Made by a program: the position numbers and the translations under genes
DNA from: a virus
Length of the DNA stretch: 64,000 nucleotides
IMG/VR virus record: IMGVR_UViG_3300030387_000070
Reading direction: 5' to 3' (one strand)
Shown: piece after piece, positions 32,990 to 42,313 of the stretch
Position numbering within the stretch: the stretch's first letter is position 1
Layout: every line of letters starts with the position of its first letter
Notes under the pieces: generated by a model
Seen by the model: the letters and a program-made list of their open reading frames with translations, nothing else
What the model was told of the DNA's origin: nothing
Database searches by the model: none

Positions 32990-33305
32990 AGATAAAAGTT
33001 TACGAGTGCTTGATTATATTGATGGCAAGGAAATCCTCATTCAAATGGGTGAGGAAGGTTCTGAGCTGTCGAAAGCTGCGATAAAGTTTTATCGTGCAAT
33101 TGACATGAAGAACCCAACACCTGTAAGTATCAATGAAGCTTACGAAAATCTCGTAGAAGAATTCGGTGATGTGTTGAACTGTATCTACGCATACTATGAT
33201 GATGACGAGGATTGCATCTTAGCGTTTACATCGAAAGCGAATGAGATTGCTAACGAGAAGCGCAAGCGCTGGATTAAGCGTCTGAAGGAACGCGACCAGT
33301 TTTAA
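32982..33305 (+). CDS. MazG-like nucleotide pyrophosphohydrolase (tentative)
   Basis: EEGSELSKAAIKF...LVEEFGDVLNCIY resembles the EExxE...ExxD helical MazG pattern. Confidence 0.4.
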   Translation: MTKDKSLRVLDYIDGKEILIQMGEEGSELSKAAIKFYRAIDMKNPTPVSINEAYENLVEEFGDVLNCIYAYYDDDEDCILAFTSKANEIANEKRKRWIKRLKERDQF

Positions 33306-33323
33306 TGGTGAAAGGAGAATAGA

Positions 33324-36300
33324 ATGCCAAGTAGTCTACACACACACTCGAATTACAGTCTACTAGATGGGTACTCTTCTCCTGAAGAAAATCTAAAAAG
33401 AGCATCAGAACTTGGTTTGAAAGCCATTGCCATTACGGAACATGGTGAGGTAACAAGCTGGCCGTACTATTCTGAACTAAAAGGCAAGTATCCGAATGTC
33501 AAACTTCTTTATGGTATCGAGGCATACGAGTGCGAAGATAGGGAAGTCAAGGACAAGAATAGTAAATATTGGCATTTAATCATTATTGCCAAGAACGAAG
33601 CTGGTCGTCAGGCAGTCAATCGCTTATCTACACTCGGTCATCTTCATGGCTTTTACAGCCGTCCTCGTATCACAAAAGAGGATATCGCTAAGGAAGATAC
33701 GAATAATTTGATTATCCTGTCTGCTTGTTTGGCGAGTAGGCTGTCAAGAACGGATGATTATGACACTTGTGTCAAGCTGGTTCAAGAGTATAAGAGCTTA
33801 TTCCCTCACTATTATCTTGAGGTTCAGGCTCATGCAAACAGTGAACAAGCAAAATATAATCAGAAAATCATGCGGTTGGCAAACGATACTCATACAAAAG
33901 TAGTCGTCACAAACGATGTTCATGCTGCTACCAAAGAGGATCTTTATTATCAAGATTATTTCCTTCGTATCGCTCATGATACGGAAACCGCCACAGAAAT
34001 CTATGAAGGGTGCTACTTCATGTCTCGTGATGAGCAGCATAGAGCCCTTGATAATCAGATTGGATACGATGCGGCAGAATGGTGTATCAATAATACTGAC
34101 GAGGTTGCTGATCTGTGTGATGATGTGGATATGCCTTGGCATGAACCGGAACTTCCCAAAATTGAGATTCCGCCACAGTATTCTAATTCGGCAGCTTATC
34201 TGAAAGACCTTGTAAAAGAGGGATGTAAGAAACGTAGCATTGATAAGTTTGATGTAGAAAAGCAGAAAATCTATCGAAAACGTGTTGATGATGAGCTGTT
34301 TGTCATTGAGAAGAAAGACTTCTGTGACTACTTTTTGATTCTGGTTGATTACATCAACTGGTGTAAGAAAAATGATGTCATTGTTGGCCCTGGTCGTGGT
34401 TCTGCTGCTGGTTCTCTTGTATGTTACCTGATTGGCATTACGCAGCTTGATTCCATCAAGTATGAACTTGACTTCGGACGATTCCTTACCATTGAGCGAA
34501 AAGACCTTCCTGACGTTGATGTTGATGTCAGTGACCGTGCCAAGGTTGTCGAGTATCTGACACAGAAGTATGGAGAAGATCGAGTAGTTCAGGTTATGAA
34601 CATCGTGTACACTACTCCGGTTACTTCAATTCAAGATGTTGGTAAGGTGCTCGGTTTCCCGTATGCCGAGATAAGAAAAATCAGTGAGAAGTTCGTTCAA
34701 AAGACATGGAAAGATTGCCTTGAAGCCAACACAGAAGTAGCTGAGAATCCAAAATATAAGGAACTACTTGATATTGCAAGTCATATCAATGGTCGCCCAC
34801 GAGGATATGGTATCCATGCTGGCGGTGTTATTGTTTGCCGACATCCTTATTACGAGTATATCGGTATCCGGCATGGTACTGACGGAGAGCACGTTATTTC
34901 CGTTGATAAGGTGATGGACGAGAAGATTGGACTTGTTAAGTTTGATATTCTTGGTGTTGCGTCGCTGGTTGCCATTGATGAAGCGAAGCGTGAGGATAAT
35001 ATTCCAGACTGGGAAATTGATATCAACAATCCTGAATTTGAAAACGACAAGGCAACTTACGATTTGATTTGCTCCGGTAAGACAGACAATCTATTCCAGA
35101 TTGAATCGTCCGGCATGAAAGATCTGGTTGCGCAGCTTCAACCTAGGTCGATTGAAGAACTATCCGCTTTGATTGCTCTTTATCGCCCTGATGCAATGCC
35201 GTCCATTCCTACATACGTTGACTGCAAGTATCATCCCGAACACATTCATTATTTCCATCCTGATATGGAACCAATTTTCCGCAGTACCTATGGCGTGAAC
35301 ATCTATCAGGAACAGAGTATGAAGCTCACAAAGGTCTTTGGTGGCCGAAGCGATGCTGGTGCTGATAGAATGCGTAAGTGCTTGGCAAAGAAAAAACCTG
35401 AGAAGGTCAAGGAAGAGGTAGAACTTCTTCACGATGAAATTCTTGCAAATGGATACGATAAAGCAACCGCTGAGTATATTTGTAACGAGTTGTCAACGAA
35501 GGGCGGCTATGGTTTCAATAAGTGTATTTCTGGCAACACGAAGTTGTGGAGAATGAGAAGTGGTCGGTTTGAGCCTACTGTTGCAGAAATGTACAAGATT
35601 CGCAATGATAGGAAGTTTGCTATCTTGACAAATCACACACATCTTAGGGACAAATATAGACGATACGGTTACGGTAGTGCGTTGTCAATGTGTGATGATG
35701 GACGCATTCGGATGAATAAAATTATTGATATCAAGTATTCTGGATATCGAATGCTGTATCGTGTAACAACTGAGACCGGTGCGACCATTGAATGTACAGA
35801 TAATCATAAATTCCCGACAACTGATGGCATTAAGTTGCTTTCTGATATGAGAATTGGTGATGAGTTATATGAGATTGGTGCTTATGAGGTTTGCAGAAAC
35901 AAGTATAATCTGACGGATGGAAATTTCGAAAGCAATTTGCCGAAGCCGGGACAAATGGGGTTCCAGACGAAGGAATTTAGTGCGAATCGTCTGTTTGAAG
36001 AGACGAAAGAAAAGAATAGACTGAAAAGAAGCCCATGTGAAATTTGCGGTAGAGAATATTCCGAAGATGCTCGTTTTGAAGTACACCACAAAGATTTTGA
36101 CCATACGCATAATGTACCTGATAACTATACTTGGTGCTGTGCATCGTGTCACAAGAAACTTCATTACGCTCACGGGCGAGTAAAACAGTATGAAAAGGGC
36201 ATCCCGTCAAAGACCGCTAAGATTATTTCTATTGAGGAAATTGGTTTTGATGATGTCTATGATGTGACAATGGATGCTCCGAATCACAATTTTGTAGTGT

Positions 36301-37340
36301 CAACTGGTATTGTAACTTGCAACTCTCATTCACAAGCCTATGCTGACATCTGTCTCCAGACTGCATATTTGAAAGCCCACCATCCGCTTGCATTCTTTAA
36401 GGCTATGCTGAACCTGAATAAAGCAAAGGTCGGCAAGGTCAACAAGATTATGGTGGATGCACGCAGCTTTGATATTCAGATTCTTCCGCCGAGTATCAAT
36501 CGTTCCGGCATGGACTTTACTGTGTCAAATGGTAAAATCCTGTTTGGCTTATCTGCTATCGGTGGTATTGGCGATACGCTTGCTGAAACTATCATTGCAG
36601 AACGAGATAGAAATGGAAAATTTAAGGGACTTGATGATTTCACGAGTCGTGTTCGTGCAACGAAGGCGCAGATTATTGCATTGGTTAAATCCGGTGCGAT
36701 TCCTACAAAGAACAAACGAATATTCTTGGAAAAGTACATTACCAGCGGTCTGGAACAATCTGAGTTTAAGCCAGTCAGTACACTTCCTACCAAGGCAGTT
36801 TTGCTGAGTAAGTGGGGTATTGATACAGAGCATTATAAGGTTGGTAAAAAGGTTGACAAAGAAACCGTCTTACGGATCTATAATGAAAAGCGCCGTGTCG
36901 TACATGAAACCGAGAAGCTGAAAAAGAAAGAAGCGTATATGGACGAGCAGACCACAAAATATCTACAAGATGAAGAACTTTGGGAGTTCCAGACTTTGCA
37001 GACCTTTATCAGTGACCCGAATCCTTTCGAGAAGGCATTTACTTATATCAAGGATTTCTCTGAAATCGAAGAAGGTGATTCTTGTGTACTGGTTGGTATT
37101 ATCGCAAAGATTCAGAAGAAGAAAACGAAGACTGGTATGCAGTTTGCATTTGTAAATCTGTATTCTGGCGATGGTATTATTGAGCTGACCGTATGGCCGA
37201 GAGTCTTGTCGGATTATCAGGATTTGATTGTAAAGGGAAGTCAGGTGGCTGTGCTTGGAAAGAAGGAAGATGAATCGCACGTTATTGCAAGCAACTTCAA
37301 ACCTTACAAGCAGTGGTTGCATGATAGAGAGATAGCGTAA
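33324..37340 (+). CDS. dnaE: DNA polymerase III alpha subunit (DnaE-type) interrupted by an intein
   Basis: PHP N-terminus (LHTHSNYSLLDG, ITEHG). GPGRGSAAGSLVCYLIGIT, ERKDLPDVDVDV, HAGGV. GYGFNK|C...N|SHSQAYA..AYLKAHHP. Confidence 0.9.
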   Translation: MPSSLHTHSNYSLLDGYSSPEENLKRASELGLKAIAITEHGEVTSWPYYSELKGKYPNVKLLYGIEAYECEDREVKDKNSKYWHLIIIAKNEAGRQAVNRLSTLGHLHGFYSRPRITKEDIAKEDTNNLIILSACLASRLSRTDDYDTCVKLVQEYKSLFPHYYLEVQAHANSEQAKYNQKIMRLANDTHTKVVVTNDVHAATKEDLYYQDYFLRIAHDTETATEIYEGCYFMSRDEQHRALDNQIGYDAAEWCINNTDEVADLCDDVDMPWHEPELPKIEIPPQYSNSAAYLKDLVKEGCKKRSIDKFDVEKQKIYRKRVDDELFVIEKKDFCDYFLILVDYINWCKKNDVIVGPGRGSAAGSLVCYLIGITQLDSIKYELDFGRFLTIERKDLPDVDVDVSDRAKVVEYLTQKYGEDRVVQVMNIVYTTPVTSIQDVGKVLGFPYAEIRKISEKFVQKTWKDCLEANTEVAENPKYKELLDIASHINGRPRGYGIHAGGVIVCRHPYYEYIGIRHGTDGEHVISVDKVMDEKIGLVKFDILGVASLVAIDEAKREDNIPDWEIDINNPEFENDKATYDLICSGKTDNLFQIESSGMKDLVAQLQPRSIEELSALIALYRPDAMPSIPTYVDCKYHPEHIHYFHPDMEPIFRSTYGVNIYQEQSMKLTKVFGGRSDAGADRMRKCLAKKKPEKVKEEVELLHDEILANGYDKATAEYICNELSTKGGYGFNKCISGNTKLWRMRSGRFEPTVAEMYKIRNDRKFAILTNHTHLRDKYRRYGYGSALSMCDDGRIRMNKIIDIKYSGYRMLYRVTTETGATIECTDNHKFPTTDGIKLLSDMRIGDELYEIGAYEVCRNKYNLTDGNFESNLPKPGQMGFQTKEFSANRLFEETKEKNRLKRSPCEICGREYSEDARFEVHHKDFDHTHNVPDNYTWCCASCHKKLHYAHGRVKQYEKGIPSKTAKIISIEEIGFDDVYDVTMDAPNHNFVVSTGIVTCNSHSQAYADICLQTAYLKAHHPLAFFKAMLNLNKAKVGKVNKIMVDARSFDIQILPPSINRSGMDFTVSNGKILFGLSAIGGIGDTLAETIIAERDRNGKFKGLDDFTSRVRATKAQIIALVKSGAIPTKNKRIFLEKYITSGLEQSEFKPVSTLPTKAVLLSKWGIDTEHYKVGKKVDKETVLRIYNEKRRVVHETEKLKKKEAYMDEQTTKYLQDEELWEFQTLQTFISDPNPFEKAFTYIKDFSEIEEGDSCVLVGIIAKIQKKKTKTGMQFAFVNLYSGDGIIELTVWPRVLSDYQDLIVKGSQVAVLGKKEDESHVIASNFKPYKQWLHDREIA
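35523..36323 (+). mobile_element. intein (267 aa) with HNH endonuclease domain inside DnaE
   Basis: Inserted in the conserved GYGFNK-SHS box. Begins CISGNTKLW, has block B IECTDNHKF, an HNH core CEICG..FEVHHKDFDHTHNVPDNYTWCCASCHKKLH, and ends NHNFVVSTGIVTCN followed by Ser. Confidence 0.85.
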
Positions 37341-37352
37341 GAGGGTTATAAA

Positions 37353-39683
37353 GTGGCAGATAAGAAATTTAATGAAAATATGATCCGTTGCTACATTAGG
37401 ATAAAACGAGTCTTTTATCCGAAAGATGGGAAGGAGGTGGAGCCCGGCGGCTTCGCCACTTTCTCTGCCGAAGTGATAAAAGTCAAGCAGGGGAACCCCA
37501 TTATGAGCCGATACAGTGACCTCCGACTGAAAGGCAACGTCCCTAGCCTTGATATGAATAAGACTTATTCGTTCTGTGGTGAGTATGTTCACCATGAAAA
37601 GTTTGGGGACCAGTATAAAATCGTCTATATGAACGAGTTCCAAGAGATTACTGACCCAGAAGAACAGAAAAGTTTTCTCCATTTTATCTTAACAGAACAT
37701 CAGTTTGAGATGCTTTACGAAGCATTTGATAATCCGTATGAGATCATCAAGAACGGTGATATCAAGTCTCTTTGCACTGTTAGTGGTATCACAGAAGGTC
37801 GAGCACAGAAAATTATCGATGCCTTTGAAAATAACATTGATAACAGCGAAGCATACACGAAGCTGATTGAGTATGGTTTGACTCCAAGTGCAATCGGAAA
37901 ACTTGTTCATCAATATCACGGTGCAGACACTCTTGTGAAGAAAATTGAAGAGAATCCTTATGTTCTGATTGACGATGTATATGGGATTGGATGGAAGAAA
38001 GCTGACGCTCTTGCTTTGAATATGGGATTGAAGCCAAACTCTCAGTTCCGAATTGAAGCTTACGTCATGCATTTTCTTGCTGATCGTGCCGAAGAAGGCA
38101 ATTCTATCATCCCGGCAAACCAGACAATCAATAGTTGCATTAAGGAACTTGGCTTGGATGAGGGTGACCAAGAGGTTATCAAGAGAGCACTTTTCCATCT
38201 GCACGATGTCCGCGAAACGCTTTGGTGGAGTGATGATCGTCAGGAATTTGCTTTAACAAGAGTGTGGAATCTGGAAAATAAGATTTCAAAGGAAATTAAG
38301 CGTCTGGCGGATGCACCTGTCGAGCCGATTGGTCGAAACATGGATGCTGCAATCGACGAAGCAGAACATGCTCTTGGCATCGAGTACACTGAGGAGCAGA
38401 GAGATGCTATTAAAAAGGTATGCTCTAGCAACATCTGTATCTTAACAGGCTACGGCGGAACTGGTAAAAGTACCGTTGTCGCTGGTGTTCTAAAGGTTCT
38501 TCGTGGTAAGTCTTTTGCTCAGACTGCACTTTCTGGTCGTGCCGCAGCTCGTATGCAGGAGATTACTGGTCAGGATGGAAAGACCATTCACCGTCTTCTT
38601 GGCTACGACATCGAGAACGGTGGGTTTGTTCACGATAAGGACAATCCTCTGGAAGAAGACATTATCATTCTGGATGAGACCTCTATGGTTGGAGCTCAGT
38701 TGTTCTATGACTTGATTCAGGCTATCGAGACCGGAAAGCGATTCATCATGATTGGCGATGACGGCCAGCTTGAGAGTATTGGTATGTGCAACATCTTCAA
38801 GGATATGCTTGCCTCCAAGGTTGTTCCGGTTGCTCGCTTGACGAAGATTCACCGTCAGGCTGCTAAGTCAGCGATTATCACAGAGAGCATCAAGGTTCGT
38901 AATGCCACGCAGTTGGTTCCTTACGGTTGGGCTGGTAATGAGATTCGTGGTGAGCTGCGTGATTTGGAGCTAGATATCTACAAGGATGCAGGCGAGTCGT
39001 TTAACCACATCATCAATCAATACCGTACCTTATATAATAAGGTAGGGAATGACAGCGCAAAGATTCAGATTGTACTTCCGCAGAAGCTCCGTGGTAGCAT
39101 TTGCACCTACGAGGTGAATAACGCCATTCAGGAAATTGTAAATCCGAGTCGTGGTCAGGCAGAAGCAAAGGTCACAATCTACGGTGATGGCAAGGATAGA
39201 GTGTACACTCTGCGTGAGGGCGATCAGGTCATTATCAACAAGAATAACTATGAGCTTCATACATACAATCTCAAGACAAAGAAAAAGGAAGAGAAGTGTC
39301 CGGTGTTCAACGGAAACCGTGGCATTATCCGAAAGATTGAGAGTAGTTTTATTCTGGTTGACTTTGACCAGTGGGGAACTATCTTCATTCCTCATTATTT
39401 TGGTGGGAACAACATCTGGGCAACACTTGAACTCGCTTATGCTTTGAGTTGTCATAAACTGCAAGGTAGCGAAGCTCCGTATGTAATTGTCGGCATGGAC
39501 AACTCTGCATACCTGATGTTGACGAGAGAATGGCTCTATACGGCCATCACTCGTGCCAAGAAGTATTGTGTGATTTGCGCCGAAACTCATGCTCTTGATC
39601 GGGCTGTAAAGACTTCAAGAGTGCCATATAAGCGGACGTTCTTGAAGGAATTTTTACGGAAAGAATTTTCAGAAAAGCGTTGA
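37353..39683 (+). CDS. RecD-like SF1 DNA helicase
   Basis: Walker A ILTGYGGTGKST and Walker B IIILDETSMV. C-terminal YALSCHKLQGSEAPYVIV..TAITRAKK. Confidence 0.8.
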   Translation: MADKKFNENMIRCYIRIKRVFYPKDGKEVEPGGFATFSAEVIKVKQGNPIMSRYSDLRLKGNVPSLDMNKTYSFCGEYVHHEKFGDQYKIVYMNEFQEITDPEEQKSFLHFILTEHQFEMLYEAFDNPYEIIKNGDIKSLCTVSGITEGRAQKIIDAFENNIDNSEAYTKLIEYGLTPSAIGKLVHQYHGADTLVKKIEENPYVLIDDVYGIGWKKADALALNMGLKPNSQFRIEAYVMHFLADRAEEGNSIIPANQTINSCIKELGLDEGDQEVIKRALFHLHDVRETLWWSDDRQEFALTRVWNLENKISKEIKRLADAPVEPIGRNMDAAIDEAEHALGIEYTEEQRDAIKKVCSSNICILTGYGGTGKSTVVAGVLKVLRGKSFAQTALSGRAAARMQEITGQDGKTIHRLLGYDIENGGFVHDKDNPLEEDIIILDETSMVGAQLFYDLIQAIETGKRFIMIGDDGQLESIGMCNIFKDMLASKVVPVARLTKIHRQAAKSAIITESIKVRNATQLVPYGWAGNEIRGELRDLELDIYKDAGESFNHIINQYRTLYNKVGNDSAKIQIVLPQKLRGSICTYEVNNAIQEIVNPSRGQAEAKVTIYGDGKDRVYTLREGDQVIINKNNYELHTYNLKTKKKEEKCPVFNGNRGIIRKIESSFILVDFDQWGTIFIPHYFGGNNIWATLELAYALSCHKLQGSEAPYVIVGMDNSAYLMLTREWLYTAITRAKKYCVICAETHALDRAVKTSRVPYKRTFLKEFLRKEFSEKR

Positions 39684-39715
39684 CAATCATGTTCGTATCC
39701 TGTATAATATAGCTA
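39680..39715 (+). promoter_or_regulatory. promoter with reverse-oriented 21-bp motif (copy 5)
   Basis: TTGACA at 39680-39685 (overlaps the helicase stop codon), a 17-nt spacer, then TATAAT at 39703-39708. GTATCCTGTATAATATAGCTA occupies 39695-39715. Confidence 0.7.
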
Positions 39716-39753
39716 TGAAAAGTCTCCATCTCGGAGGCTTAAAATTCTCTCTT

Positions 39754-39774
39754 TAACTATATAATACAGGATAC
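39754..39774 (+). promoter_or_regulatory. 21-bp motif, forward (copy 6)
   Basis: TAACTATATAATACAGGATAC. Confidence 0.55.
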
Positions 39775-39785
39775 GGGAAAGGAAT

Positions 39786-39817
39786 GGCTTGCTCGTAATG
39801 GCAAGCCTTTCTTTATT
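39786..39817 (+). terminator. rho-independent terminator-like hairpin
   Basis: GGCTTGC (39786-39792) pairs with GCAAGCC (39801-39807), followed by TTTCTTTATT. Confidence 0.6.
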
Positions 39818-39822
39818 CATTA

Positions 39823-39843
39823 CAACTATATAACACAGGATAC
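39823..39843 (+). promoter_or_regulatory. 21-bp motif, forward (copy 7)
   Basis: CAACTATATAACACAGGATAC, 14 nt upstream of ATG 39857 (AAGGAGG lies between). Confidence 0.55.
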
Positions 39844-39856
39844 GCAAGGAGGCTTT

Positions 39857-41188
39857 ATGACAGATAAAGAGCTCATAGGTAAGCTCGATGCGATGGTAAA
39901 GGCATTGCAGAGCACGAAGAAAAAGACAGATAAGACCCGCATTTTGCTGGATGAACGAAAGGATTTTGGGGCTGAAGCTGACGAGTTGATGGCCTTCTTC
40001 CGATTCTTGCTTGATCCGGCAATCGTAACTGGACTGTCGGATGCAAAAATCAATAAGCAGGTGAGTGCCAAGCCTGAAATTGATATCCAGTATCTCAGTT
40101 GTGGATACCTTTATATTATGGGTGCTGGTCACAACACTGGTTCTGACGCATCCATCGCAACAATTCAAAATTATTTACATAAAAATCCTGAAAATGAAGA
40201 GTTTCTGAAGCGGCTGTTTACCAAAAATCTTCCGATTGGCGTTGAGGCAGCTGCCATCAATAAGGTATATGGCGAGGAAATTATTCCTGTCTGGGAAGTC
40301 CAGCAGGGATATCCAATCGATAAGGTGAAGTTGAAACCCGGCACATGGTTTAGTCTGAGTCAGAAGATGAACGGCAATAGGGGCACAATGTATCGTGGAG
40401 ATTTAATTTCTCGTCAAGCGCAGAAGTTTGAAGGACTCGATCATATTAAGAATGATCTGCTCGCTCTATATGATGGAGGTGTGGAGAGGCGAGATTCTTT
40501 GGTGTTTGATGGCGAACTCATTTATAAGAACCCTGAAGGAATGTCGGACGGAGAGGCGTTTCGTTTCGGCACTGGCCTACTTAATTCTGACAGCAAGAAC
40601 AAGACTGGAATTAAATTTGTGATTTTTGATGTAATTCCTGTTGTAGAGTTCGACTGTGAAAAGTGTGCTGTCCAGTATCAAACCCGCCGGGAATGGCTAA
40701 ATTGTCTTCGTGCGGAGATTGCTCGTAAGAATCTTGAAAACATCGAAATTGTTCCAATGGTATACGAAGGTACTGACCAGAGTGTGATTCCGAAGTGGCT
40801 TGATTATGCTGTGGCACATGATTGGGAGGGTTTGATGTTGAACACCAATGTTCCTTATCAGCGTAAGCGTCATACCGGCTGTCTCAAAATTAAGCGTTTT
40901 TACACTGTTGACCTGCGAATCACCGCGATTGAAGAGGGTCAGAATCGTCTGGCTGGTACGATGGGCGCTCTGGTTGTGGACTACAAGGGCAACGAGCTTC
41001 GTGTCGGCTCTGGTTTTGATGATGCTACGAGAGCTGCTGTGTGGGCAAATCCTGATAATTACATCGGCAAGATCGTTGAATGTAAGTACAAAGAGGTCAC
41101 GATGGATAAAAAGACCGGTCTTGAGTCTCTGCAATTCCCGACCTTTGTAAGATTTAGAGATGACAAGAATGAGGTGTCTTATGGCTGA
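39857..41188 (+). CDS. ATP-dependent DNA ligase
   Basis: Motif I SQKMNGNRG, III VFDGELIY, IV WEGLMLN, V CLKIKRF. C-terminal OB-like region. Confidence 0.75.
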   Translation: MTDKELIGKLDAMVKALQSTKKKTDKTRILLDERKDFGAEADELMAFFRFLLDPAIVTGLSDAKINKQVSAKPEIDIQYLSCGYLYIMGAGHNTGSDASIATIQNYLHKNPENEEFLKRLFTKNLPIGVEAAAINKVYGEEIIPVWEVQQGYPIDKVKLKPGTWFSLSQKMNGNRGTMYRGDLISRQAQKFEGLDHIKNDLLALYDGGVERRDSLVFDGELIYKNPEGMSDGEAFRFGTGLLNSDSKNKTGIKFVIFDVIPVVEFDCEKCAVQYQTRREWLNCLRAEIARKNLENIEIVPMVYEGTDQSVIPKWLDYAVAHDWEGLMLNTNVPYQRKRHTGCLKIKRFYTVDLRITAIEEGQNRLAGTMGALVVDYKGNELRVGSGFDDATRAAVWANPDNYIGKIVECKYKEVTMDKKTGLESLQFPTFVRFRDDKNEVSYG

Positions 41189-41528
41189 TGTTAGATTGAT
41201 TGACTCAAATAAGGCTGAAAAGGAATTTGAATCTTGCTTAAATCTTCTTTGTAAAAATCCTATAACAAGTAACACGTATGAAATGAGTTTTAGTAGGCAG
41301 ATTTGTAACGCAGCTTTACGAACTTTGCAGAACACTCCGACCATCGACCCGGAAACGCTGCGACCGGTGGCACACTGGGAGGAAATTCCAGGCTCCTATG
41401 TGAGCTGTGCTGGGAAAAACTCATGGTGTGAACCAGCAACCCGTTGCTCGAACCCAGAATGTAGAGAGGTGAACCCGTGTGGCCTCAAAACGCCATTTTG
41501 CCCGATGTGTGGTGCAAAGATGGAGTGA
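41181..41528 (+). CDS. hypothetical protein with C-terminal zinc ribbon
   Basis: Track ORF 41160-41528 trimmed to ATG 41181, behind GAGGTG. Contains ..CSNPEC...CPMCG. Confidence 0.5.
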   Translation: MADVRLIDSNKAEKEFESCLNLLCKNPITSNTYEMSFSRQICNAALRTLQNTPTIDPETLRPVAHWEEIPGSYVSCAGKNSWCEPATRCSNPECREVNPCGLKTPFCPMCGAKME

Positions 41529-41531
41529 ATC

Positions 41532-41843
41532 ATGGCTAAAAACAAGTTAAAAGATTCCTTTTATTGGATGGGTAAGAATGGGCAAGAATGCAATGTTGAT
41601 TTGTCGTCCGAGCGTGTAAGCCGTTATATCAATGAAGCTAAAAATAATCTAAAGAAGATCCCGAAGGGCAAAGGAGATTTTTGCTATGTTGCTGGCAAAG
41701 AGGCACTTGTTATTGGAACGGTAAATAAAGAAGGAGAACGTTCAATCTTTGTTGCAAGAGACTATTTTGAAGCGGATTACGTTCCGGGATGCGGGTGGAT
41801 AAAAGTGGAGGATGAAGATGAATCTTTCAAAGAAGACGATTAA
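41532..41843 (+). CDS. hypothetical protein
   Basis: Track ORF. Confidence 0.5.
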   Translation: MAKNKLKDSFYWMGKNGQECNVDLSSERVSRYINEAKNNLKKIPKGKGDFCYVAGKEALVIGTVNKEGERSIFVARDYFEADYVPGCGWIKVEDEDESFKEDD

Positions 41844-42090
41844 GCATATCCTTCGGATTCTGGATAATAAATGTATCGAGGTTCCTACGAAGACATCCGC
41901 TTATAGCAGCGGTGGACGTAGAATTTTGACTCGTGATTTTGAGCCAAAGGAGTCACACGGAATGAATGGCTGGCAACGAATCGTCTATGTACCGTCCGAA
42001 GGATATTTCTACGGAATTTATAACGGAAAATCGGAAGAAGATTGGGACATTCCAGATATCTGGTCTCCTGCCCAGCTTGCTGATTTATGA
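41812..42090 (+). CDS. hypothetical protein
   Basis: Track ORF; GGAGGATGAAG precedes the ATG. Confidence 0.45.
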   Translation: MKMNLSKKTIKHILRILDNKCIEVPTKTSAYSSGGRRILTRDFEPKESHGMNGWQRIVYVPSEGYFYGIYNGKSEEDWDIPDIWSPAQLADL

Positions 42091-42100
42091 GGTTTTTAAA

Positions 42101-42313
42101 ATGCTACTTTTAACGCTAGATGGAGAGATTATAAATCTTGACCGCATGGCAATCATTGATACCGCAAGCCTTAATGTTTATGCAAGGCAGGGCATGGGTG
42201 AGCGTGGAATTGTTCTTGGCAGCTATAACTCCGAAAGTAGATGCTATGACGTTATTGCAAATATTTTTGACTGCTATCGAAAAAATGAGAAAGCATACAT
42301 AATGCCAAAATGA
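42101..42313 (+). CDS. hypothetical protein
   Basis: Track ORF 41966-42313 trimmed to ATG 42101, after the previous stop. Confidence 0.45.
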   Translation: MLLLTLDGEIINLDRMAIIDTASLNVYARQGMGERGIVLGSYNSESRCYDVIANIFDCYRKNEKAYIMPK

